A DNA stretch of 64,000 bases from an uncultured Gammaproteobacteria bacterium (GCA_964592785.1 CAZQHU010000002.1:12680-76679), one strand, 5' to 3'. Positions 9,962 through 20,061 are shown, numbered from the stretch's first letter. The notes: generated by a model from the sequence alone, not told the origin. Numbers and translations are program-made.

Positions 9962-11444
9962 AAACCCGGTAAAGAATTTTTATTGTCCGTTCAAAACCTT
10001 GGGTGTGTCTAAGGGCTAGAGTGGCTACCAAGGCTATAAAAAGAATGGTATAAACATGAAAAAGCGCGGGAATAGTAATATTCATCACCAAAAAAGCGAT
10101 AATTCCAGCCAAAAGTCCAACATCCAGATCATGCCAATCTTGGGTGTTTTTTATTTTTTTAATTAAACGAAAAATTACAAAAAAATAAAAGCTTAAAAGT
10201 ATTAAAGCTCCCAAAATTCCTAGTTCGGTCCACATTTCTAGATAGCCCCAGTCAAAATTTGCAGTAGTGATATTGGTATAAGTCAAAGGATTATAAAAAG
10301 TCACCATTGCCCCTAGGCCTTGTCCAAGAAGAGGATTTTGAGTTATTAGGTGCCAAATTTCTGGTAAAATGATCATTCTAGTTTCTGTGGATATCTCTAC
10401 GCTGGGATTAACAAAACTTTGGAGTCTTATACCAAAAAGCTCTAAACCCAAGGTTTTACCTCCTGAAGCCAAGAGATTACTGCCAATAAAAACTGAAAAA
10501 ATCAAAGTTATTAAAATAAATGATTGTTGCAACCATTTTTTCCAACTGTGTTTATATTTTAAAACTAGAAGACCGACCAAGAGTGCCAAAAAATATCCAC
10601 GTGATAAATTCAATACTAAAATGATAATTGCTGAAAAACGCAATACTCCCCACATCGGGTTGTGTTTTTCATCTCGCATTAGAAGAGAGGAAATGAAAAG
10701 TATCAAAGGAGCAATCAAAAGATGCTCCGGTTCTACGATTCGAAAAAAGCCATTGCCGAGATCAGTGATTTTTCCCAAATTTATATCTCTATACCAAGTA
10801 TAAAAATCCCCGTGGATTATTGACCAACCATTGCTAAAGAAAACAAAAGTAAAAATAGAAAAAATTGCCGTAGCCAAAATAAAAACTGTTAAAAGGCGAA
10901 CTAGGAATTCTTGCGTTTTCTCTTCTTGAAAAAGATGATAAGAAGGAAAGATCAAAAATAGAAGTATAAAAGGCACAAAATCGGCAACAATCTGATGCCA
11001 GCTGTGACTGTGATAAATGCCATTAATAATGGAAAAAAAGAGTAAAACAAAGAGTGTAATTAATAAATAAGTAAAATTTTTATCCAGATGCAGTCTTTGT
11101 TTTAGATTGTTTTTTCCTAATTGATGAAAAAACCAGAGAAAAAGAAAAAAACAAATAAATAAAGTACGAATGGATAGTCCCAAAAATTCCAAATAGTGTC
11201 CTGAACCTCCTAAAAAAAATTCACCTAAAAGCAAGTACCACCCATATTCTGGTTTTTTGAAATAAAGAATACCCAAAATCATTAATAATAAAAAAACCAA
11301 AAATGCTTGGATTAAATGGTGAGGAAATAACAAATAAGAAAAAAGCCTAATTAAAAAATAGACAATAAAAAGCAGGAAAGTTTGTTTGGTAAAAAAAATG
11401 GATTTATTGGCCAGATGTTCTTCGTACATATTAAATAAAGTCAA
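9939..11444 (-). CDS. O-antigen ligase/polymerase-like polytopic membrane protein (Wzy/WaaL family candidate)
   Basis: 501 aa with more than 10 TM helices and a large periplasmic-like loop; adjacent to the flippase and GT genes. Confidence 0.5.
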   Translation of the reverse strand: MTLFNMYEEHLANKSIFFTKQTFLLFIVYFLIRLFSYLLFPHHLIQAFLVFLLLMILGILYFKKPEYGWYLLLGEFFLGGSGHYLEFLGLSIRTLFICFFLFLWFFHQLGKNNLKQRLHLDKNFTYLLITLFVLLFFSIINGIYHSHSWHQIVADFVPFILLFLIFPSYHLFQEEKTQEFLVRLLTVFILATAIFSIFTFVFFSNGWSIIHGDFYTWYRDINLGKITDLGNGFFRIVEPEHLLIAPLILFISSLLMRDEKHNPMWGVLRFSAIIILVLNLSRGYFLALLVGLLVLKYKHSWKKWLQQSFILITLIFSVFIGSNLLASGGKTLGLELFGIRLQSFVNPSVEISTETRMIILPEIWHLITQNPLLGQGLGAMVTFYNPLTYTNITTANFDWGYLEMWTELGILGALILLSFYFFVIFRLIKKIKNTQDWHDLDVGLLAGIIAFLVMNITIPALFHVYTILFIALVATLALRHTQGFERTIKILYRVFNRLKNA

Positions 11445-11454
11445 AATTCAAAAA

Positions 11455-12399
11455 TCAAATTTCAAAACTTTTTAGATAACCATTGACAAAACTCCTGGCA
11501 TTTGTTGCTTTGGCACCTTCCAACTGTAATTCTACCACTTCTATTGAATTTTCACCACAACCAATAAATAATTTTTCGTTTTCCACTTTCCACTTTCCAC
11601 TTTCCACTGGCAACTCATCCAATCTAATTTTTAAAAGTTTCACTCGTTTGCCTTTCCATTCCGTCCACACTCCCGGCCAAGGCGTTAGCCCCCGATATTG
11701 GTTGTAAATATCCTTGGCAGTTTTTGTCCAATCAACTTTACCATCTTCCCGATTTAAGATTTTTGTATAGGTGGCTCGGGTATTATCTTGAGGGGTGGGT
11801 TTGATTATTCCTGAAATATAACCAGAAATAGCCTCTGTAAGGGCAAAATTGGCGATTTTAGCCAGTTTTTGGCTAAGTATGGGGTAAGTGTCGTTTGGAT
11901 CAATTTTGAGTGTTTTTTGTAGTAAAATTGGCCCGGTATCCATGCCAGCATCCATTTTCATAATCGTCACTCCAGTTTCGGTTTCACCATTTAACAAAGC
12001 TGTTTGAATAGGTGAGGCACCGCGGTATTTTGGCAGTAGGGAAGTGTGGACGTTTATGATGCCATGCTTTGGCGCATTTAAAATATTTTCTGGAATAATT
12101 AGTCCATATTGGGCACAAATTCCCCAGTCAAAAGTCTGTAAAGTCTTAAAGTCAAAAGTCTTGAGTGAGACAGGTTGTAATATTTTAAGATCGTGTTTCT
12201 CGGCCAAAATTTTTACAGCGGATTTTTGAAGCTCTTGTTTTCTGCCCACTGGTTTGTCGGGTTGAGTAATAACCAATCCAATACTAAAATTAGGATTGTC
12301 AATTAACCCTTGTAAAATTTCTGCGGCAAAGTCGTGCGTGCCAAAGAAAATGATATTGATTGTATTATTGTCCAATTGTTTTATTGTGGGACTTGACAT
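11455..12399 (-). CDS. fmt: Methionyl-tRNA formyltransferase
   Basis: IIFFGTHDFAAEIL...QPDKPVGRKQELQ...HTSLLPKYRGASPIQTALLNGETETGVTIMKMDAGMDTGPIL. Contains a (ttccac)4 repeat insertion. Confidence 0.92.
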   Translation of the reverse strand: MSSPTIKQLDNNTINIIFFGTHDFAAEILQGLIDNPNFSIGLVITQPDKPVGRKQELQKSAVKILAEKHDLKILQPVSLKTFDFKTLQTFDWGICAQYGLIIPENILNAPKHGIINVHTSLLPKYRGASPIQTALLNGETETGVTIMKMDAGMDTGPILLQKTLKIDPNDTYPILSQKLAKIANFALTEAISGYISGIIKPTPQDNTRATYTKILNREDGKVDWTKTAKDIYNQYRGLTPWPGVWTEWKGKRVKLLKIRLDELPVESGKWKVENEKLFIGCGENSIEVVELQLEGAKATNARSFVNGYLKSFEI

Positions 12400-12581
12400 G
12401 ATTTTAATTTTATGTTATGATATTTCGTCATCTAGTTATTTCCAATACCGTTGTAACGGGATAGTGTTTTTACACTATCGGAAATAATAGGATGATAATG
12501 GATGAATCTAAGTAGGTATGGGGTGTTCTAGTTCTAGGTTCCCTCGTGTTCCGTTCTAAACCCTCACCGAAAGGAGACACC

Positions 12582-12854
12582 ATGTTCAGTTACCGGATTT
12601 ACGACCACACCACGTTTCATACTGGTGGAACCGCTACAATTTTCTTTCATGTCGGTGATATCCGAATGCTTGGGCTCAATGGGACAACGATCGGATTTGT
12701 CGATGTGGAAAAAATGAGATGGTTCCGGTTTAACGGCAGAAAGCTCGCGAAAGCGAGAGTAATTCAGGCGCCAGGAATGGAAGAAACCTTCCGACCTGGC
12801 ACTGACATTCTCATCTTCGTGAGCAAATGTCGTCCCGCATATATCTTGGTCTGA
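12582..12854 (+). CDS. Small hypothetical protein (90 aa) in GC-rich island 1; paralog of the 57992-58291 protein
   Basis: Strong SD aaaggag 6 nt before the ATG. GC far above background. It shares the leader/start architecture and peptide motifs with island 3 (N-terminal FS..IxxHTTF versus FSLSVHSTSF; AKxxxxxxxG; KC). The ORF-track start at 12546 lacks an SD. Confidence 0.5.
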   Translation: MFSYRIYDHTTFHTGGTATIFFHVGDIRMLGLNGTTIGFVDVEKMRWFRFNGRKLAKARVIQAPGMEETFRPGTDILIFVSKCRPAYILV

Positions 12855-12861
12855 CTTTTGC

Positions 12862-12903
12862 CCCCGGGTAACGCGTAATGGCGACCCGGGGCTTCACTTT
12901 TTT
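12862..12903 (+). terminator. Intrinsic terminator closing GC-rich island 1
   Basis: ccccggg...cccgggg stem with a 16-nt loop, then cttcac and a T6 run. Confidence 0.6.
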
Positions 12904-13396
12904 ACTCAATTTTTTTTATATTTTTCGCTTTATCAATAAACAAAACCCCATCCAAATGATCCACTTCATGCTGAATCACTCGCGCGAAATAACCATGAGC
13001 TTTAAATTTTATTTCTTCACCATGTTCATTCCAAGCTCGTACTTCAATATCTGAATATCTTTTCACTTTGCCAATAGTTTTGGGAACTGATAAACAACCT
13101 TCTTCTTCTACATTGGTTTTACGACTAGTTTTTTGCCAAATAGGATTTACCAAAACCAAGTCAGCGATGGGTAGTTTATTTTTTTTATCCATTTTTAGAG
13201 CTTCTTGGCCAATGATACAAAGACGAATATTATGTCCAATTTGTGGAGCTGCCAAACCAATGCCATCGGACTCATACATTTTGGGGATCATCTCCTCAAT
13301 CAATTGTTGAGTTTTTTTTAATAATAAAAAATCACGGTCAATTTCTTGGGAACGTTCTCTAAGGGAAGAGGTTGGTAGGGTAATAATAGACAGCAT
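12902..13396 (-). CDS. def: Peptide deformylase
   Basis: Def motifs GLAAPQIG, EGCLSVP and HEVDHLDG. Confidence 0.95.
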   Translation of the reverse strand: MLSIITLPTSSLRERSQEIDRDFLLLKKTQQLIEEMIPKMYESDGIGLAAPQIGHNIRLCIIGQEALKMDKKNKLPIADLVLVNPIWQKTSRKTNVEEEGCLSVPKTIGKVKRYSDIEVRAWNEHGEEIKFKAHGYFARVIQHEVDHLDGVLFIDKAKNIKKIE

Positions 13397-13467
13397 ATTT
13401 TTATGTCACCCCTGCGAAGGCAGGGGTCTAATTGAGATTCCTGCTTTCGCAGGAATGACAGCTTATT

Positions 13468-13758
13468 TTATTCTTTTTTTTGCTTTTTGTCAAGGCTAGG
13501 CACTTCTTTACTTTTCCAAATAAAAAGCTTGCCAGGAGTGCTGGCGTTACTTTGTTTAATTTCCGAAAAAATTCTTTGAGCCTCTTTTACTCCAATCCTC
13601 TTGATAACTCCCAAATACATGGCAAATTTTTTTCTTTCTCCAAAAGCAGTGGAAATTTGATCCGCCCAATAATGTACTTCTGAATGTATATTTTTATTTT
13701 TTTCTTTTCTGGGCTGAATGAGTTTGCCAATACTGTCCATATTTTTAATCCAAAACAA
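13468..13758 (-). CDS. Hypothetical small protein
   Basis: ORF only, 96 aa and basic; no recognisable family. Confidence 0.3.
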   Translation of the reverse strand: MFWIKNMDSIGKLIQPRKEKNKNIHSEVHYWADQISTAFGERKKFAMYLGVIKRIGVKEAQRIFSEIKQSNASTPGKLFIWKSKEVPSLDKKQKKE

Positions 13759-14536
13759 AATTTCCTACTAAATAACCCACACCAAAAGGGCCTTCATAAG
13801 AGTAATTTTTGAAATTATAATTTACCCCTTGGAGTATTCCTAATAAAATGAGAATTGAGCGATAGCCACATTCAGCAGCTTCTTCTACAAGCTTGGGATC
13901 AAGTTTACTAAAACCCAAAGTATTGTGGTTTTCCAGAAGTTCGATAACATCTTGATCAAACTTAGTCCCGGCTGGTGAAAAGCCGGCGGGGGCGCCGGTG
14001 GCCAAAGCGTGTGATAGATCTCCAGAAGCGATTACTGCCACACGTTTGCTGGTATTCATGAATGATTCTTTCATAAGTTCACCAAAATCAAGATGCTGTT
14101 TATTATCCAAAAGACTATAACCGACCGGTAAAATTCGACAGTTTGGTAAATGAGTAGTCAAATAAAATAGTGGTACTGTAGTGCCATGATCCAAAAGCTC
14201 TTCACTAATTAGCTGAACTCTCATATTGAGATCATTGGCCGCATGAGCGATGGTAGAAGCAAGTGATGGTTCTCCTTGCCAATTAAGTTTAGTTTTTAGA
14301 TCGCCAAATTCGGCAAAATTTGAAGAAAAATTGGTGTTGGCATTGAGACAAAAAGCATCAGGAAAGAGACTGCCGTGAGGAGAAATAACAACTATTACAT
14401 CTGGCTTGGATAGATAAAGATCTTCCTCGAGTTTGTTTAGAGCTTTTTTAGTTTGTTCAACTTTGGCGATTTCCTTTTTTCCTATATCTGGTATAAGAAG
14501 CGGGGGATGAGGAGTAATTCCAGCAAATACTAACAT
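13745..14536 (-). CDS. Extradiol dioxygenase class III subunit B-like / MEMO1-family protein
   Basis: N-terminal GITPHPPLLIPDIG and a His-rich fold typical of the LigB/MEMO superfamily. Confidence 0.5.
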   Translation of the reverse strand: MLVFAGITPHPPLLIPDIGKKEIAKVEQTKKALNKLEEDLYLSKPDVIVVISPHGSLFPDAFCLNANTNFSSNFAEFGDLKTKLNWQGEPSLASTIAHAANDLNMRVQLISEELLDHGTTVPLFYLTTHLPNCRILPVGYSLLDNKQHLDFGELMKESFMNTSKRVAVIASGDLSHALATGAPAGFSPAGTKFDQDVIELLENHNTLGFSKLDPKLVEEAAECGYRSILILLGILQGVNYNFKNYSYEGPFGVGYLVGNFVLD

Positions 14537-14545
14537 AAATAAAAA

Positions 14546-16798
14546 TTAAAAATTATTAATTACCCAATTGGTTAATTTTTCTGGTTCATCAAAACGACGA
14601 TTGTATTCTGCATTACCCATGGTGATGATAATAAATTTTTTACCATCTAGTGGTCGTTCTATGAGCATGGCCAAACCAGCACCGGCTTCATCCAGATATC
14701 CGGTCTTGCTGGCAATTATATTAAACGACAAATTTGATTTATTAGCAAGATCATTACTGTTATTATCAAAATGTTTAGGTTTGCCGTCAAGATCTTTTAT
14801 TTCTAAATATTCGTAACTTTTTAATCCTAAAGTTTTTTGTAAAGTGTCATTGGTTACCGCCTTAGTGAAAATAAACAAAAATTCTCTAGCAGTGCCAACG
14901 TTTTTCAAATCATAACCATAGGTATCAGTAAATTTGGTTTTTTCCAGGCCCCAAGATTTTATTTTTTCATTCATTTTTTTAACCATTAATTTTTCACCAC
15001 CCAGTTCATTGGCTAGCATTTTGGCGGCAGTATTGATGGAAGAAACCAACATGGCTTCTAGTAAATTCTGATTTTTTATTTTTTCTCCTTCGGCCACTCG
15101 GAAATTATGATAAGCTGATTTGTCTAAACTGCCAGCGTAAGTGTGGGAATGATTTAGTTGTAACCCCGCATGTAAAAATTCATAGGCTGACATGATTTTG
15201 GTAAAAGAGGCTAGGGGACGAACAAAGTCTATATTTTTTCCAGCTAAAATTTCGCCAGTTTTGTAATCCGCTACCAGGTAAGTGTCTAGATTGGTTTCAA
15301 ATTTTTTATCACCAACAAAAATTGTTGTTGTGGCTCTGATCATTTTCTCTGTGTCACCAACTCCGCCATTATCCACTTGGGTGGTTGGCGGTGTGGAAGT
15401 TTGTTTTTCATCAAGAGAAGTGTTCAGGCGTGAAGGTAGGTAAAGAGGCTGTCCGGAAGGGTGATTCATGCCGGTTATTTGATCAGTCCAAATAATGTTT
15501 TTCCAATTAAAGCCAAAACCATTAAAAACTTCTTCTGAAGCAATGTGGCGTTTTTTGCCTTTTTCAATTACATAAATTTTATTATCCCCCTTGATTCCCA
15601 TAAGTGTGCCATCTTGAAATTTGAGGATCTCACCAGTAGTGTAATTTTGTAATTCAGTAATTGAAACCATTTCAATTTGTAGATTGGGAAAATTAATTTT
15701 GGCAATTTGTGAATCGGTCAAGGGATAATAGAAATTATCTTTTAAATAATAAAGGGAATTGGTTTCTTTGGTTTTGACCAACCGTCCTATGGGTGCAGTC
15801 TCCAAATCAGTAGTGATCACTGTACCCATGTTATAACCCAGCAAATCGCTGGGAGAGACATCGATTATTTCTTCTGGATTGTAACCAAGACTTCTCACTA
15901 CTTCTTCTGATGCAAAAGGACGAATGGTGTCAAAATCTATTAAATAATAATTTGAACCTTGGCGTAAAATAGAGTAATTGGGAAAATTTAATTCTTTACC
16001 ATCGGCATAATTGGCCAATTCGGAAGCTGGTATAGTGATTACCATTTTTGGGTCAAAACGGCTGGCTAAAATTCCCATACTTTTGATTAGTCTTTTGGTT
16101 CCATCTTGTAAAAGATAGACAGCTGGATTATTGGAAGTTTTTACCAAAGAACCATCTGGGTAAACTTGGCCAAACCATTCATTCCAAAGTTTCCAAAAAT
16201 TTTTATTACCATGAAGATGTGGGGTATAGGTGTAGAGAAAAGCAGTGGCAAAATTTTTGGGAATCACTATTTCCCCGTCAATTACATAGGAACGATTGGG
16301 TCGTTTGATCCATACTTCGGTGAAATAGTTATCATAGTACCAACGAATTATGCCGGCGGCCGCATCTACTTGTTTGCCAAAACCTTGATTTTTACTATCA
16401 CAGCCACCAGAATCAGGGCAACCATAGCCAGTAGCGAAATCAAGCTGTCTTTGAGTTGGATTTTTGACAGTGATGAGACTCATTTCTTTTTGCAATTTAA
16501 CTAGCAAATATTTAGGGTTTATTTTGTATTCTTGGGCTGCTCGGTAAATAATATCTGCAGTTTTGCGTTCAATTCCATCCTTGTCTGCAGTTCGCCAATT
16601 GGCAATGTAACCATCAAAATCATCCAAAAATGCTTGGATTTCTTCTCTGGTAAGACTGTTATATTCCTGCATTTCTTCATCAGAAATAATGTAGTTAGGA
16701 TTAAAATTATCTTTGCCAATTGTCAGAGCAGAGGAATAACTAACTAAAAAAAATACTGATAAAAACAAAATATAAGCTATTTTTTGGGCTTTATTCAT
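14546..16798 (-). CDS. Secreted D-alanyl-D-alanine carboxypeptidase-family (PBP5/S11-like) protein with a large N-terminal extension
   Basis: Signal peptide MNKAQKIAYILFLSVFFLVS; C-terminal about 250 aa with an SxxK-type motif (RPLASFTK) and the S11-like region. Confidence 0.55.
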   Translation of the reverse strand: MNKAQKIAYILFLSVFFLVSYSSALTIGKDNFNPNYIISDEEMQEYNSLTREEIQAFLDDFDGYIANWRTADKDGIERKTADIIYRAAQEYKINPKYLLVKLQKEMSLITVKNPTQRQLDFATGYGCPDSGGCDSKNQGFGKQVDAAAGIIRWYYDNYFTEVWIKRPNRSYVIDGEIVIPKNFATAFLYTYTPHLHGNKNFWKLWNEWFGQVYPDGSLVKTSNNPAVYLLQDGTKRLIKSMGILASRFDPKMVITIPASELANYADGKELNFPNYSILRQGSNYYLIDFDTIRPFASEEVVRSLGYNPEEIIDVSPSDLLGYNMGTVITTDLETAPIGRLVKTKETNSLYYLKDNFYYPLTDSQIAKINFPNLQIEMVSITELQNYTTGEILKFQDGTLMGIKGDNKIYVIEKGKKRHIASEEVFNGFGFNWKNIIWTDQITGMNHPSGQPLYLPSRLNTSLDEKQTSTPPTTQVDNGGVGDTEKMIRATTTIFVGDKKFETNLDTYLVADYKTGEILAGKNIDFVRPLASFTKIMSAYEFLHAGLQLNHSHTYAGSLDKSAYHNFRVAEGEKIKNQNLLEAMLVSSINTAAKMLANELGGEKLMVKKMNEKIKSWGLEKTKFTDTYGYDLKNVGTAREFLFIFTKAVTNDTLQKTLGLKSYEYLEIKDLDGKPKHFDNNSNDLANKSNLSFNIIASKTGYLDEAGAGLAMLIERPLDGKKFIIITMGNAEYNRRFDEPEKLTNWVINNF

Positions 16799-16828
16799 AG
16801 GTTTTTATTATAGCATATTTTGAAGAAT

Positions 16829-16861
16829 AAAAAAACTGCCCAAAATGGGCAGTTTTTTTAT
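16829..16861. terminator. Bidirectional intrinsic terminator
   Basis: Hairpin aactgcccaaaatgggcagtt flanked by an A-run and a T-run. Confidence 0.7.
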
Positions 16862-17172
16862 TTTCTCGCTTCTATTCTATGTTTATCAATAAGAGCACCT
16901 ATTAAAAGTCCTATAAATACTCCTACTAAAATAGTAATAAGTGGTAATCTAATACCCAATAAATTTTGAAAAAAACTATCTATTGAAGCCACAGGGCCAG
17001 CAGGATTTAGAAAAAAATCATAATCAAACCAAGTAATTATAAAACCTATTATAAAACCAAAGACTCCACATTTTATAATCATTGTTTTTTTTGATTTCAC
17101 GGTAATCATAAATATCCCAATAATGAGTATAATTGGTGTAATTATAATCATATACCACAGGAAATTACCCAT
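16858..17172 (-). CDS. Small integral membrane protein (hypothetical)
   Basis: 104 aa with three hydrophobic helices. Confidence 0.4.
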   Translation of the reverse strand: MGNFLWYMIIITPIILIIGIFMITVKSKKTMIIKCGVFGFIIGFIITWFDYDFFLNPAGPVASIDSFFQNLLGIRLPLITILVGVFIGLLIGALIDKHRIEARK

Positions 17173-17197
17173 ATTTTTTAATAAAAAATTAATTAAT

Positions 17198-19834
17198 TTA
17201 TTTTATCAAAATTTTATTTTTTTCCACCTCGATCTTTACATTTTGTCCTTCTTGAATTTTACCTTCAATAATCAAAAGCGAGAGGGGATTGAGGACTTCA
17301 GTTTGGATTAAACGTTTGAGTGGACGAGCACCAAGATTGGGATCATAACCTTTTTTACCCAAATAATCTTTGGTTTTCCCCAAAATATTGAGAGTAATCT
17401 TTTTTTCAGAAAGACGGTCAATAACTTTTTGAAGTTGTAAATCCACAATTTGTCGAATTTCTTTTTCTCCCAGAGGGTGGAACATAATTATTTCATCAAG
17501 ACGGTTGAGAAATTCTGGTTTGAAGTTTTCTTTGAGTTTTTCTAGGATTTTTTCTTTAATATTTTCTTCGCGATTTTTTCCATTTTTTTTGTTTTCAACT
17601 CCAAAACCAAATTCTCCACCTTTGTTCATCTGCATGATTATTTCTGAGCCAATATTACTGGTCATGATGATGACCGTATTTTTGAAATTTATCTTTCTTC
17701 CTTTAGCATCGGTTAAATGTCCATCTTCGAGTATTTGCAACATCATATTGAAAACATCGGGGTGAGCTTTCTCTATTTCATCAAAAAGAATCACAGAATA
17801 AGGCCGACGACGAATTATTTCAGTCAGTTGTCCTCCTTCTTCATAACCAACATAGCCAGGAGGCGAACCAATCATTTTGCTGGTGGAATGTTTTTCCATA
17901 TATTCACTCATATCCACTCGGACTAGGGCTTCTTCATCGTTAAAAAGAAATTCTGCCAAAGCTTTGGCTAATTCTGTTTTGCCAACTCCAGTCGGCCCCA
18001 TGAAGATGAAGGAACCAATAGGTCGTTTTTCTTCACCAATCCCTGCGCGTGAACGACGGATAGCGTTGGCTACTGCGGTGATGGCCTCTGTTTGACCGAT
18101 CACCCGTTTGGAAAGTTCGGCTTCTAGATGGGCCAATTTTTTCACTTCATCTTGAAGCATTTTGGAGACTGGAATACCAGTCCAACGTGAGACTACACCG
18201 GCAATATCTTCTTCAGTAACTTCTTCTTTTAAAATTATTCTACCTTTTTGAATTTCCGCCAATTTTATTTCATTTTTTTTGATAGCTTCTTCCAGTAAAG
18301 GAACTTGTCCATAGCGAACTTCGGCTACTTTTTGTAAATTGCCACGACGTTCTTCTATATCGGCTTGAGACTTGAGTTTCTCAATTTCTTTTTTGTGTTC
18401 GCGAATTTTAGTAATGATATCTTTTTCATTTTTCCAATGAGCTTCCAGTTCATTACTTTTTTCTTTGAGATTGGCTAATTCTTGTTTTAATTTTTTTTCT
18501 CTTTCTTTTGATTCTTGATCAGATTCTTTTTTCAAAGCTCGCAGTTCAATATCTATTTTCATCATTTTGCGTTTCATTTTATCAAGATCATCAGGCATGG
18601 AATCTATTTCCATACGAAGTGCCGAGGTGGCTTCATCTACCAGGTCAATAGCTTTATCAGGTAAAAATCTATCGGTAATATAGCGATTACTAAGCTCTAC
18701 CGCTGCCACGATCGCTGGATCGGTGATACGCACACCATGATGAACTTCATATTTTTCTTTTATTCCACGTAAGATGGCGATAGCATCATCCACTGCAGGT
18801 TCACTCACCAAGACTGGTTGAAAACGACGTTCAAAAGCCGCGTCTTTTTCAATGTGTTTTTGGTATTCTTTCAAAGTAGTGGCGCCAATAGTGTGAAGTT
18901 CGCCACGAGCCAAAGCCGGTTTCAACATATTGCTAGCATCAATTGCCCCCTCACTTGAACCAGCACCGACAATAGTGTGCAATTCATCAATGAACAAAAT
19001 TATTTTACCATTGGATTCTGTCACTTCTTTTAAAACTGCTTTGAAGCGTTCCTCAAATTCACCACGAAATTTTGTCCCGGCTATAAGAGCCCCAACATCT
19101 AGAGCAATCACTTCTTTGTCTTTGAGACTTTCTGGTACGTCACCATTGACAATTCTTTGAGCCAAACCTTCAACAATTGCTGTTTTTCCTACACCAGGTT
19201 CACCAATTAAAACTGGATTATTTTTGGTTCGTCTAGACAAAACTTGCATTACTCGACGAATTTCATCATCACGACCGATCACTGGATCAAGTTTTTCTTT
19301 ACGCGCAAATTCTGTAAGATTTTTTCCGTATTTTTCCAAAGCTTGATATTTGCTCTCCGGTTCAGGGGAATCTACTTTTTGGTTACCGCGAATTAAAACT
19401 AAAGTTTTCAAAATCTCAGCGTATTGAATTCCCTGATGAGAGAGAGTATCACTAATCGGATTTTTATTGGTCAAAAATGCCAAAAGCAGGTGTTCTACTG
19501 AAATATAATCATCACCCATTTTTTGGGCTTCATTTTGAGCGTTTTGTAAAATATACATCATGGCTGGACCAAGCATTATTTGTCCCAAACCACCAGCTGG
19601 AGAAGAACCAAATTGTTTGGGCAGAACCCCAATCATTTTTTGAACTTCCAAACGTAATTGTTCCAAATTGATATTTAACTTTTTAAAAAGAGAAATAACC
19701 ACACCTGCTTCATCTTCTAAAAGTGACAAAAAAAGATGGGGCGGTTCTACTTGTGGCTGACCATTTTCATGGGCTATTTGTGAAGCTCTTTGCAGGGCTT
19801 CTTGGGATTTATGGGTAAAATTTTGTGGATTCAT
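17198..19834 (-). CDS. clpB: ATP-dependent chaperone ClpB (Hsp100)
   Basis: Two AAA+ modules ([18 protein letters not shown]; [15 protein letters not shown]), a middle coiled-coil domain and a Clp N domain; 878 aa. Confidence 0.95.
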   Translation of the reverse strand: MNPQNFTHKSQEALQRASQIAHENGQPQVEPPHLFLSLLEDEAGVVISLFKKLNINLEQLRLEVQKMIGVLPKQFGSSPAGGLGQIMLGPAMMYILQNAQNEAQKMGDDYISVEHLLLAFLTNKNPISDTLSHQGIQYAEILKTLVLIRGNQKVDSPEPESKYQALEKYGKNLTEFARKEKLDPVIGRDDEIRRVMQVLSRRTKNNPVLIGEPGVGKTAIVEGLAQRIVNGDVPESLKDKEVIALDVGALIAGTKFRGEFEERFKAVLKEVTESNGKIILFIDELHTIVGAGSSEGAIDASNMLKPALARGELHTIGATTLKEYQKHIEKDAAFERRFQPVLVSEPAVDDAIAILRGIKEKYEVHHGVRITDPAIVAAVELSNRYITDRFLPDKAIDLVDEATSALRMEIDSMPDDLDKMKRKMMKIDIELRALKKESDQESKEREKKLKQELANLKEKSNELEAHWKNEKDIITKIREHKKEIEKLKSQADIEERRGNLQKVAEVRYGQVPLLEEAIKKNEIKLAEIQKGRIILKEEVTEEDIAGVVSRWTGIPVSKMLQDEVKKLAHLEAELSKRVIGQTEAITAVANAIRRSRAGIGEEKRPIGSFIFMGPTGVGKTELAKALAEFLFNDEEALVRVDMSEYMEKHSTSKMIGSPPGYVGYEEGGQLTEIIRRRPYSVILFDEIEKAHPDVFNMMLQILEDGHLTDAKGRKINFKNTVIIMTSNIGSEIIMQMNKGGEFGFGVENKKNGKNREENIKEKILEKLKENFKPEFLNRLDEIIMFHPLGEKEIRQIVDLQLQKVIDRLSEKKITLNILGKTKDYLGKKGYDPNLGARPLKRLIQTEVLNPLSLLIIEGKIQEGQNVKIEVEKNKILIK

Positions 19835-19942
19835 AAAGTTTTGTCACCCTGAACTTGTTTCAAGGTCTTTTTTAGGTTTTATTTTTTAGTAAATATAATT
19901 TTAGAAAAGATGCTGAAATAAATTCAGCATGACAATTCTATC

Positions 19943-19961
19943 ACTCAATATATGAGAGTGA
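19943..19961. promoter_or_regulatory. CIRCE-like inverted repeat CACTC-N9-GAGTG upstream of clpB
   Basis: tatCACTCaatatatgaGAGTGata matches the core of the HrcA CIRCE consensus TTAGCACTC-N9-GAGTGCTAA, with the exact 9-nt spacer. Confidence 0.35.
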
Positions 19962-19976
19962 TAATATTATACTATA

Positions 19977-19996
19977 TTGTCAAACACTGTCAAGTG
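19977..19996. promoter_or_regulatory. CtsR-box-like direct heptad repeat TGTCAAA-cac-TGTCAAG upstream of clpB
   Basis: Matches the CtsR operator consensus (A/G)GTCAAA-NAN-(A/G)GTCAAA; a third GTCAAAT lies at about 20042. Confidence 0.4.
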
Positions 19997-20061
19997 TGAT
20001 AATATTATAGCATAATTTTGCTATTTATTTGTAGTAAATTTGTCAAATTAGGGATAAAATA

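Noticed and set aside
12440-12903. RNase P RNA or tmRNA as the explanation for the GC-rich islands
   Set aside because: I searched both strands of islands 1-5 for GGAAAGUCCGG (P4), ACAGAA-N-CCGGCUUA, a T-arm GGUUCGA-UCC plus CCA end, and the tmRNA 5' GGGG. None were found. The islands also carry good SD-ATG contexts. A formal cmscan is still needed.
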